Below, piece by piece: positions 49,004 to 57,106 of a stretch of 64,000 nucleotides of DNA. Where the stretch lies: positions 24,464-88,463 of the IMG/VR virus record IMGVR_UViG_3300025789_000822; one strand, 5' to 3'. The first letter of the stretch is position 1. Each line of letters starts with the position of its first letter. A program made the position numbers and the translations under genes. The DNA comes from a virus. Under the pieces are notes generated by a model. That model saw nothing but the letters and a program-made list of their open reading frames with translations, was not told the DNA's origin and did not search any database.

Positions 49004-49028
49004 CTCCCTTTCAACTGAATAAGACTAT

Positions 49029-49057
49029 ATTATATAGCCAAAATGATTTATTGTCAA
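49029..49057 (-). promoter_or_regulatory. Early sigma70-type promoter (TTGACAATAAAT class)
   Basis: TTGACA-17-TATAAT. Confidence 0.85.
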
Positions 49058-49063
49058 CCTGGG

Positions 49064-49444
49064 CTATGAAAAGTCACGGCTACAAAAGGCGTACCCATCC
49101 TCATCATCCCAATCGTATTCAGGATTGTACCAAGGCCTACTATCTGACTTGCCTTGTTCATTGTGTTGTAGATTCTTTCGTCCGTTCTGATTTACAAAGT
49201 TTGGTGATTTGTATGTTTCAACCATAGTTACAAAGTCTTGGTAAGATATAGTATCACCATACTCATCCACAATCATTTGATCTTTGAGGAACTCTTTCCA
49301 CTGACGCCATGAAGTCAGTTTGTTCCAAGTATAGCCTTGAAATGAGAATGACCATCCAAATGATGATTTACCAATGTGATATTCTTCATCGTATCGATTA
49401 CAGCATTCACATTTATTTTTAGCAACGTAATAATTAGTTCCCAT
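49064..49444 (-). CDS. Hypothetical early protein
   Basis: MGTNYY..CECC..HIGKSS.GW.F. Confidence 0.65.
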   Translation of the reverse strand: MGTNYYVAKNKCECCNRYDEEYHIGKSSFGWSFSFQGYTWNKLTSWRQWKEFLKDQMIVDEYGDTISYQDFVTMVETYKSPNFVNQNGRKNLQHNEQGKSDSRPWYNPEYDWDDEDGYAFCSRDFS

Positions 49445-49577
49445 TTTCTAACTCTTTCAGTTTATCAAATGCATCAACACGGCTCAAATAATAAAACAAA
49501 ATAGTATCACCGTCGAGTATGCACCAGTACTTAAGCATTGCATTTTTTAAGGGCAAAAACTTAACCGAGTATTTCAT
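49434..49577 (-). CDS. Small hypothetical protein (47 aa)
   Basis: Manual ORF MKYSVKFLPLKN..., overlapping both neighbours. Confidence 0.45.
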   Translation of the reverse strand: MKYSVKFLPLKNAMLKYWCILDGDTILFYYLSRVDAFDKLKELENGN

Positions 49578-49801
49578 TTAATATCAAAATGTTGTTTAAT
49601 CAATCGTGCACCGAATTCAGGATCATATGGGAATGGTTCATTTTTCCATTTGATTAATTCTGTTGCACATTCGTTTACAATCAATTCGGCAAATTTTTCA
49701 TCACGGACTCGATTGTACAAAACAATTTCTCTTAAGTCTGGAATTTCATTTCTGGCTAATGTGTCAGATTGTCTAGCCAATTGGTAAACTAGTTTATTCA
49801 T
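49574..49801 (-). CDS. Hypothetical accessory protein (EKFAELIV family)
   Basis: MNKLVYQLARQ..EKFAELIVNECA..IKQHFDIK; ATGA overlap start. Confidence 0.6.
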   Translation of the reverse strand: MNKLVYQLARQSDTLARNEIPDLREIVLYNRVRDEKFAELIVNECATELIKWKNEPFPYDPEFGARLIKQHFDIK

Positions 49802-49968
49802 TTTACAACACGAATTTGAATGCAACGGCTTGTTAAAAGATTAGAATTAGGCAAACTGTCTTGCAAAAACTCGCAACTTTTTCTATCAGCAATATATGGA
49901 CTATAGGTAACCGTGTTACCACCATATCCACCTAATGTTACCAATACCCACACTAAAACGGTATTCAT
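49798..49968 (-). CDS. Small membrane/secreted protein (56 aa)
   Basis: MNTVLVWVLVTLGG...C...C; GGAG RBS. Confidence 0.55.
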   Translation of the reverse strand: MNTVLVWVLVTLGGYGGNTVTYSPYIADRKSCEFLQDSLPNSNLLTSRCIQIRVVK

Positions 49969-49988
49969 AATTTAACTCCAATTCAGTA

Positions 49989-50093
49989 TCATAAAAAAAG
50001 AAAATATATCGGCAAGAATACCATTGCCCAAACAATGAGAGCAATTAACCAACCTGGCAAATTTAACAAATCCAAAAATTCATCTAAACTCAT
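49989..50093 (-). CDS. Small membrane protein (34 aa)
   Basis: MSLDEFLDLLNLPGWLIALIVWAMVFLPIYFLFL; GGAG RBS. Confidence 0.45.
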   Translation of the reverse strand: MSLDEFLDLLNLPGWLIALIVWAMVFLPIYFLFL

Positions 50094-50248
50094 TCTTCAA
50101 CTCCAAAATGTTCGTTAACAGTGGTTTCTGTAGTAAGTATTTGTTGCGTAAAAACAACACCACCATATGCCAATTGATATGAATCAGCTACGGCTTTGAG
50201 AAAAAATTGAAAAATTTGGCCCTTAGATGTGATCAAAATGTATGTCAT
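50090..50248 (-). CDS. Small early protein (52 aa)
   Basis: MTYILITSKG...EHFGVEE; AGGAG RBS behind an early promoter. Confidence 0.55.
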   Translation of the reverse strand: MTYILITSKGQIFQFFLKAVADSYQLAYGGVVFTQQILTTETTVNEHFGVEE

Positions 50249-50267
50249 TTTTGCTCCTGATGCACTA

Positions 50268-50296
50268 ATTATACATCAGGAGCCATTTATTGTCAA
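50268..50296 (-). promoter_or_regulatory. Early sigma70-type promoter (TTGACAATAAAT class)
   Basis: TTGACA-17-TATAAT; -10 lies inside a 10-bp inverted repeat. Confidence 0.85.
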
Positions 50297-51018
50297 ACCG
50301 TGCTTGGAGTCACACTCCATTTTTTTACTGAAAAATAATGAAGTTTACCTGTGCGGCGCTGTTCAAACTTACCATTAATATTAACAGGTTTATTTAACAT
50401 ACATTCAAACAAATTAGTTAATGGATTATCATCCTCAATATTAACTTTTACTTTGTTATTGTATTCATCACTAAACCAATATTCATAGGTATCATCATTT
50501 CTACGGTATGATTTAGTTTTTCTAATGTATTTTAATTGTCGTGTTTCTTCACCTGATTCAAGACGAACAACCTTTACTGAATTAATTTCATTAGTTTCTC
50601 CGTTAAACAAGATAGTTAATTCTAAATCATACAAGTAAAAGTATGGAAGTTTATATGCCATACCCAATAGTTTGTCCGAGTAAATATGCATACCACTACC
50701 CTTTGGATCAATATATTCATTATGAATGAACATATACAAATCATTTTGAAATTTGCTTAGTTCATCACCGCGCAATCTAGCGACCATAAACTTTTGGCTA
50801 TAATATTTTTTAATATCATACGCCAATCTACGATCTTGAGGGTCAACATAACTAACCAATCTACCATCTTCCAATGACATTAAAGATTTAGACTTCATTC
50901 TAAAAAGACAGCAACTAAGAACTAATAGGTCTTCTTCAAAACTAGTATATCTTTCACGATAAGTGGATGATAACAAATCATTGAAGTCGTATGAATCCGT
51001 TGTTTGTAAGTTAGCCAA
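50293..51018 (-). CDS. Hypothetical protein
   Basis: Long ORF; start uncertain (TTG overlapping the uvsY stop assumed). Confidence 0.55.
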   Translation of the reverse strand: MANLQTTDSYDFNDLLSSTYRERYTSFEEDLLVLSCCLFRMKSKSLMSLEDGRLVSYVDPQDRRLAYDIKKYYSQKFMVARLRGDELSKFQNDLYMFIHNEYIDPKGSGMHIYSDKLLGMAYKLPYFYLYDLELTILFNGETNEINSVKVVRLESGEETRQLKYIRKTKSYRRNDDTYEYWFSDEYNNKVKVNIEDDNPLTNLFECMLNKPVNINGKFEQRRTGKLHYFSVKKWSVTPSTV

Positions 51019-51469
51019 TTGTAATATCTTCCATACCGGCTGTGCGCAGCCTAACGATGTGGCCCATTTGCCACTGTTTGGCATCAATGCCTTTCATGAT
51101 GCCAAGATACTTGTTGCGTAATAATGCAACTTCATTAATAAGAATTTCAAAGTCAATGACTTCTTCTTCACCGTCAACATACTTTTCAGCATCACGTGCA
51201 GTCAATGCACGTTGATAACCTTCTAAGTATTTTTGAAAGTGCTTTCTACGAATCTTGCGTAATTGAATGTTAAGGAAACTGAGAACCGCTTCAATCTCTT
51301 GTAATTGATTAAAACGATACTCAGTAATCCCGGGAAGTGCGGCAATGTTCTTTTCAACATTGCCCTTCACTGCCACTTCATATCTAGCCGATGCCATTTC
51401 GTTTTCGTAATACGCTAAGAAATCGGGTAGTACGGACAAGTCCGCGGTAATTTTAGAGTACCAATGCAT
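51011..51469 (-). CDS. uvsY: Recombination mediator UvsY-like
   Basis: Helical, KYLEGY..L..RDAEKYVDGE; located near uvsX. Confidence 0.7.
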   Translation of the reverse strand: MHWYSKITADLSVLPDFLAYYENEMASARYEVAVKGNVEKNIAALPGITEYRFNQLQEIEAVLSFLNIQLRKIRRKHFQKYLEGYQRALTARDAEKYVDGEEEVIDFEILINEVALLRNKYLGIMKGIDAKQWQMGHIVRLRTAGMEDITIG

Positions 51470-51747
51470 TAGCAATCTTCGTCTTCATCATCGTTGTAAG
51501 AATAATCATCCAAGTCTTCTTCATAGTCATCAAAGTCTTCTTCGAAACTATCACTAGTACTTTCAATAAAATATCCTACTGCTTTTTGAATACTTGAATC
51601 GCCTTTGAATGTTCGTTTAATCTCTTGTGGATCATAATCATTGTCCACAAGATAATTAACTAGTGATTCAGCGGCGTCGTTTACATCACCAACTTGAATA
51701 CTGGGCTTTAAGATATCCCACATCTCGCTTACTAAATTTAAGTTCAT
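51469..51747 (-). CDS. Small acidic hypothetical protein
   Basis: 92 aa with D/E-rich tail between uvsX and uvsY. Confidence 0.6.
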   Translation of the reverse strand: MNLNLVSEMWDILKPSIQVGDVNDAAESLVNYLVDNDYDPQEIKRTFKGDSSIQKAVGYFIESTSDSFEEDFDDYEEDLDDYSYNDDEDEDC

Positions 51748-52811
51748 GCTTCACTTTCCTCCTCCTGAAGTGCAACTGTACTTATCTTAGCTTGTCGTTG
51801 TGGAAACTCTGCCATTACTCGGTCAAGACAATTATCGTCATTACGCTCCCAACCCTTACGGAACTTCTTAATGATTTCACCGTCAAGTGTTGTATAGACT
51901 AAACTGTTACCTTCTTTTTTAACAAGTTCTGCTTTTTCAATTAAGTCAAGCAAACCACTATATGGACTCATACCAGTGTCGTAAGGAATCTTAACTTGTA
52001 CGCTTTCAAAAGGCTTGCTATAACGTGTTTTCATAATCTTACATGCACTACGAATACCACGCACTTCGCTTACCTTGTTACCATCCTCATCCTCTTTGAG
52101 TTTGAGTTTCTTCATAGCAACTACAATTGAACTTGCGTAAACGAAACCTTGACCACCTGAAATCTTGTCATCAGGGTCAAACATGTCTTGACTTGCATAT
52201 GTGTGATTAGTCGCAACCAACCCAACATTATAACTACCAAACATGTTAACACAGTTACGAACAAGTGCAGTTAATGCTTTGGGCTTACGACCCATGTCAC
52301 CCTTCATGTCACCTGCTTCAAACTGATTAACGTCAGTAGGAGTCAACAACATACCCAATGAATCAATGATAAACAATACCTTAGGACGATCTGTTTCTGG
52401 CATTACTTTGTATGACTTCATGAATTCGCTGATGGTTCTACCAACGTCATCAATCATAGCCATATTCAATTTCAACAACTTATCTTCTTCTGTTGAAACA
52501 CCAAGTGCATGTAGCCATGCTTCGTCCAATGCATTTTCTGTGTCAACCAACACAACAAAAATACCTTGCTGTTGAGCATGACGTACTAAGTTACCTGAAC
52601 AGATAAAACTTTTACCTGAACCTGATTCACCTGCGAATACAGTAACCTTACCTAGAGGTACACCTTTGTTGAAGTCACCACTGATAAGATAGTTCAATGC
52701 ATGGTTGCCTGTACTAATCCAATCAGTTGGATCGTTGAATCCAATACTAAGACCATCGATGGCCTTAGTAATGTCTTTGCGAAACTTACTTACGTCAAAT
52801 GCTTTTGCCAT
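51744..52811 (-). CDS. uvsX: RecA-like recombinase UvsX
   Basis: AGESGSGKS, DTENA, IIDSLG, TNHTY, SGGQG. Confidence 0.93.
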   Translation of the reverse strand: MAKAFDVSKFRKDITKAIDGLSIGFNDPTDWISTGNHALNYLISGDFNKGVPLGKVTVFAGESGSGKSFICSGNLVRHAQQQGIFVVLVDTENALDEAWLHALGVSTEEDKLLKLNMAMIDDVGRTISEFMKSYKVMPETDRPKVLFIIDSLGMLLTPTDVNQFEAGDMKGDMGRKPKALTALVRNCVNMFGSYNVGLVATNHTYASQDMFDPDDKISGGQGFVYASSIVVAMKKLKLKEDEDGNKVSEVRGIRSACKIMKTRYSKPFESVQVKIPYDTGMSPYSGLLDLIEKAELVKKEGNSLVYTTLDGEIIKKFRKGWERNDDNCLDRVMAEFPQRQAKISTVALQEEESEA

Positions 52812-53056
52812 TAACGATCCTTAGGCAGTGAGTGAATAACTTTGATTAATTCAATCAAATCTGATTCTGAAGTTACCAACAACTTACGATTAGTCCAATC
52901 GTCATTGTGGTCACGACCACCGATTTCTAACAAGAAACCGTTGTCATATTGTTGTACTTCATAATTTTGATTTACCTTAGCCAATTCATTAAGAATTGCA
53001 ATGTCTGATTCTAATTTAGTAGAATCGGTTGTGTTTGTTTTTGTTCGTGTTGCCAT
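52811..53056 (-). CDS. Hypothetical protein
   Basis: GGAG RBS before MATRTK. Confidence 0.6.
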   Translation of the reverse strand: MATRTKTNTTDSTKLESDIAILNELAKVNQNYEVQQYDNGFLLEIGGRDHNDDWTNRKLLVTSESDLIELIKVIHSLPKDR

Positions 53057-53070
53057 TTTAGTTTCTCCTA

Positions 53071-53301
53071 TCATCTGGCTGCTTGTTTGATTTTATCTGA
53101 AAACGAAACTTTATCAAGTAATTCGGGACACTGGTCTGCCATTCTTTCCAATTCATAATCATTTGGATAATGACGTAAAGCACCACGTGCACGGTCTCTA
53201 ATAATACTAGGAACCCTTGGTGTCTTACCAGGATCGCACAATTCTTCCAAAAGTTTCTTACCCTGTTTTAATGCTCGGTATCTTTCGTCTGGTAGTGTCA
53301 T
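53071..53301 (-). CDS. Hypothetical protein
   Basis: MTLPDERYRA..TPRVP..IR..A...LRHYP. Confidence 0.65.
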   Translation of the reverse strand: MTLPDERYRALKQGKKLLEELCDPGKTPRVPSIIRDRARGALRHYPNDYELERMADQCPELLDKVSFSDKIKQAAR

Positions 53302-53355
53302 GGTGTTCTCCTTGCCCTAAATAGAGGGAAGTATCCTTCCCCCTATTTTTTACTT

Positions 53356-54348
53356 TTAGGCTTTGTTTTGTCTTGCACGGATCATTGCTAAGATGTCCTG
53401 TGCTTTATCGCTTGATGTTGCTTTTGGAACAACGATTGGATCAGATGCTTCTGGAACATCTTCGTCAGTGCTAGTCACTTGAGGTGCAGACACAACGGGT
53501 GCGCTAGGTTCAGTAGACGCTTGATGTTTAGCCGCTGCCGCTCCAGCCGGGGCTTCTAGTCCATATGGACGATAGTAAGCACCCCAACGCTCATTATCAA
53601 AAGGCTTACCATCAACGCTTGCTTCAAACATTTCTTTGATGATACGCAATTCTGCTTCACCTGGCTTCTTAGGCAAGAAGTCTACCAAGTTGTATAGACC
53701 ATGTGAAGTAATAGCTGCCTGTTCAGCCTCAGTTAGTGCACTTTCTTTACGTGCCCAGTTACTAGTTGAGTAATCAGCATAGCCACCCTTGCTTGTTTTC
53801 TTGATGTTGAAATCAAGACCACGCATATAGTCTGTTGGCAATTCTTCCATTTCAGGATCCAACAATGAACTCTTGATGATAGTAAAGATTTGTGGGCTGA
53901 TGATGAATCTACGAATAGGGTTCGCAGGAGTCTTGTCATCGCCTAGTGGGTTTTGACGAACAAAACCTTGGAAGATATAACTACGTTTCTTCCAATAACG
54001 ATTTGCCATTTCCTTAAGTGTTTCATCCTTATACCAAGGACGAACCTCAGCAAGAACTGGACAGCTTTCACCATACATTTCCATGCATGGAACTTGCACA
54101 TCAATTTTCTTAACATTAGGGTCACCCTTAACGCCATTGAATGCTAGTTTAATGATTTGACGTTCTACCCAGAAACCATAGGGGTTTGCATTGTCTGCAT
54201 CTGGAAGGAAACGAACTGTGGCTGTTGAGCCTTCATCGATATTCCAGTGGGGGTAAATTGAGTTGTCTGATTGACTTGAAGAACCCTTGTTTTGGGTCTT
54301 GTTTTCTTGTGCCGCAATACGTGCACGAATTTCTGCTAATGATGCCAT
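53356..54348 (-). CDS. Single-stranded DNA-binding protein (T4 gp32-like)
   Basis: VRFLPD, C....G..CPV, YWKKRSY, GLDFNIKK, GYADYS.S.W. Confidence 0.85.
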   Translation of the reverse strand: MASLAEIRARIAAQENKTQNKGSSSQSDNSIYPHWNIDEGSTATVRFLPDADNANPYGFWVERQIIKLAFNGVKGDPNVKKIDVQVPCMEMYGESCPVLAEVRPWYKDETLKEMANRYWKKRSYIFQGFVRQNPLGDDKTPANPIRRFIISPQIFTIIKSSLLDPEMEELPTDYMRGLDFNIKKTSKGGYADYSTSNWARKESALTEAEQAAITSHGLYNLVDFLPKKPGEAELRIIKEMFEASVDGKPFDNERWGAYYRPYGLEAPAGAAAAKHQASTEPSAPVVSAPQVTSTDEDVPEASDPIVVPKATSSDKAQDILAMIRARQNKA

Positions 54349-54425
54349 GATATATTTCCTTATAAATTGAGATGGTCTCGTTTTTTTAATGTCGCTACTC
54401 CCAATGAGTAACTAACATAAGAGAT

Positions 54426-54463
54426 AGTATAGCAGTACTTTCTTCTCATGTCAATAGTATTTA
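54426..54463 (-). promoter_or_regulatory. Tandem late (TAAATA) and sigma70 promoters for the SSB gene
   Basis: TAAATA at 54458-54463, then TTGACA-17-TATACT. Confidence 0.75.
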
Positions 54464-54476
54464 TGCCGGATATGGT

Positions 54477-54502
54477 AAACCTCACCTTTTAAGTGAGGTT
54501 TT
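54477..54502. terminator. Hairpin / probable terminator after the 858-aa gene
   Basis: AAACCTCAC-CTTTTAA-GTGAGGTTT. Confidence 0.6.
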
Positions 54503-54509
54503 TATGAGT

Positions 54510-57086
54510 TTATTTACCCAATAATCGTTTTAAGTCTGCTAGTTCATCACGTTCAACTGACTCATTAGCACCAACTAATTTACCACGCAAGTTCTTTTCG
54601 TTCTTGCCTACCTTCTCAGTTGGTCCTAATTGACCTGCACGTTTCTGATTAGCATCAAGACCTTCTTGTATACCTAACAACTCCTTAGCAGCATAGTAAC
54701 CTTCGGAAGCCATTTCATTTTCATCATCACTTTCTAGACCAATTCGTTTAGCTAACTGCATAGCTTCATAAATGTCAGTGATACCTTGATGCTTTGACCA
54801 GATACAGAATGTTTGAATATCTTTATGCAAACCTCTTTCTTGTAATTCTTTATAGATTCCTCTTACATCACCGCCCGCTCGTTGAACAACGTCCTGAAAT
54901 GCTTCTGGTGTATGTGCGTCTTCCGCCACACCTAGTTTCTTATCTCTCTTTACAGCATCACTGTATGTTTTCAATACACCAGGATTCTTTTTAACAAGTT
55001 TGTTTAACGTTTTGCCACTTTCAATATCTTTTGATTTTTGAACATCTTTGGCATATTTTTTAGTTAAGTCAGGTCTTGCCTTCAACAAATCTCTTAGCAT
55101 TTTATCATATTCATCTTCTTCTAATGAGCCTTCCGCCACACCTTCTTCTCCAATTCCTATTCTGCGTTTGATTTCACGCTTCATATAGTCATTGTCTTGT
55201 TTGTTAATCTTACCTGATTTGGTAACTCTAGGTGACATTTTTCGTTGTAATGGATCGATATCAAAACTGTGATTGTCTCTTGGGAAATGCATTTTGCCTG
55301 CACCAGCTTCAACTGTGTCAGCAATCTTATCTCCAAACTCTTGTCTTATTTGAGCAATTACTTCATCACTATCCGGGTACTCATCATTAAGACCATAATA
55401 TGCTTCTGGGTCTACAGAGTCCTTATATTTGTCAATTAAATCATCTAATCTGGCACGTTGTGTGTCATCAAGACCTTCCGCTACTGCCTGAGGAACCATG
55501 TTAATGAAGTTTTCTTCCATGCCTTCTTCTTTTTCTTCGTCCATTATGCCAAATAATCCACCTAAGATTCCTTTAAATGCACGTCCATAATTTTCCATGT
55601 CATGCCCTGAGAAATCATCGCCCTTTTGTTTAGCTATTTCCTCTGCATCTTTTAATTTGCTCATCAATGCGTGTCTTTGTTCAGGCTCTAGTGTTTTTAC
55701 TTTTTGAGCAAGTTTAGGATTCTTTTTTAATAATTCATTAAATTTTGCATAGTCATCGTCTTCAGCTTCGTATACAGGATCGACTGGTCTACCATCCTTA
55801 CCCATTACTTCACCTTTGTCTAAAAGCAAACGATCTTTTTGTTGGTCGATTCTACGTTCAATTTCTTTAATCTTTTCTACGTTACCTTCTTTTTGTGCAC
55901 GTTGATAGTATTGTTCTAGTTTTTGTAATTGCGGGCTGTTATCAAATGAATCCTTAGCCAATTCATAATTAACTCCCCATAGTGATGCAATCAATGCCGC
56001 ACCACCTAAAATCTTGCCAATCATACCTTCTTCTACTTCTTCCTCTTCAGGAATAGTCTTTAGGTCTGTTGCTTCACCCATTATATTACTTGCCCATTCA
56101 CTTAATTCACTGACTTCTTTCATCTCGCCAATGTTTTTACGTAGGCGTGAAAGAATAGGCATCACGCTTTCAATACGTGGGTCAAGTGTTTCTTGTACAA
56201 ACAATTCATTTAGATTAGCTTGTTCATCACCTTCTGTTTCCATCAATGTTGGAGTATAACTTTCAAAATATGCTGTGTAACCACGATGACCAGTCATGCG
56301 GCTTAATGTTTCACGTAAACTATTGTAATGATTAATACCTTCATTAACTAATTGTTGCGCTGATTCATTGAATTGTCCGTTGCGTGTAGCACGAACGAAT
56401 CCGCCCATTTTGTTATATTCTTCGCAAATACTCTTGATGTGATTCCAACGCTCATCGTTTGGAACTCCGCCTTCTGCAATATGACGGGCATACACACGTG
56501 CAATACCAGGGCGCATAGTTGGTGCAAGAATTCTTTCACCTTGTTCGTTTTCTAAAAAGATTTTAGCAATGTTACGGAAACGTTGTTCACCTTCTTGGAT
56601 TTGTCTTGTGTGCTGTAAAATAATTTTTACGCTAGGCACTGAATCATTGTAACTAGCACTTTTACCCATTGGGTAGTAGCCTTCAGATAGTTTATCTTTC
56701 ATTTTGTGGTATTCCCTATGTCTCATATCGTCACTGATGCGGTCTGCATCACGTAATTCAAAACTTAACTGACGGCGTTGTGCCCAGTTCTTAAGCTGTT
56801 TTAGTAATCCTGTCCAAGTATCATCATAGTCTAGTCCAGGGGTCATTCCACTTGGACTATCTGATTGTTCGTTGTCATAGTATACGACTAGGTTCTGTGC
56901 ATCGTCAATGCTGACCCAGGCTTTGCCGTAATCTTCCCCGTCTTTACTAAATGTAAATTCAATAACGTCAGCGGCAGGGCTTGCTTCTACACGCTGATTT
57001 TTTGCATTTAATGGTACAGGTTTGTAACCCCTGACTTTTAACAGGTCGTATAACTTTGTGTTGAAATTTTCTGTATTTACTGCCAT
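54510..57086 (-). CDS. Putative modular internal head polyprotein
   Basis: Globular-looking N-terminal ~330 aa, then modules joined by VAE(G/D)/xEE; ends LKRLLGK; directly after the terminase. Confidence 0.55.
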   Translation of the reverse strand: MAVNTENFNTKLYDLLKVRGYKPVPLNAKNQRVEASPAADVIEFTFSKDGEDYGKAWVSIDDAQNLVVYYDNEQSDSPSGMTPGLDYDDTWTGLLKQLKNWAQRRQLSFELRDADRISDDMRHREYHKMKDKLSEGYYPMGKSASYNDSVPSVKIILQHTRQIQEGEQRFRNIAKIFLENEQGERILAPTMRPGIARVYARHIAEGGVPNDERWNHIKSICEEYNKMGGFVRATRNGQFNESAQQLVNEGINHYNSLRETLSRMTGHRGYTAYFESYTPTLMETEGDEQANLNELFVQETLDPRIESVMPILSRLRKNIGEMKEVSELSEWASNIMGEATDLKTIPEEEEVEEGMIGKILGGAALIASLWGVNYELAKDSFDNSPQLQKLEQYYQRAQKEGNVEKIKEIERRIDQQKDRLLLDKGEVMGKDGRPVDPVYEAEDDDYAKFNELLKKNPKLAQKVKTLEPEQRHALMSKLKDAEEIAKQKGDDFSGHDMENYGRAFKGILGGLFGIMDEEKEEGMEENFINMVPQAVAEGLDDTQRARLDDLIDKYKDSVDPEAYYGLNDEYPDSDEVIAQIRQEFGDKIADTVEAGAGKMHFPRDNHSFDIDPLQRKMSPRVTKSGKINKQDNDYMKREIKRRIGIGEEGVAEGSLEEDEYDKMLRDLLKARPDLTKKYAKDVQKSKDIESGKTLNKLVKKNPGVLKTYSDAVKRDKKLGVAEDAHTPEAFQDVVQRAGGDVRGIYKELQERGLHKDIQTFCIWSKHQGITDIYEAMQLAKRIGLESDDENEMASEGYYAAKELLGIQEGLDANQKRAGQLGPTEKVGKNEKNLRGKLVGANESVERDELADLKRLLGK
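54653..55478. repeat. Nested exact direct repeats at module junctions
   Basis: CATCAAGACCTTC at 54653-54665 and 55466-55478; CTTCCGCCACACCT at 54920-54933 and 55130-55143. Confidence 0.8.
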
Positions 57087-57106
57087 AAGTATATTTAGTC
57101 CAATCC

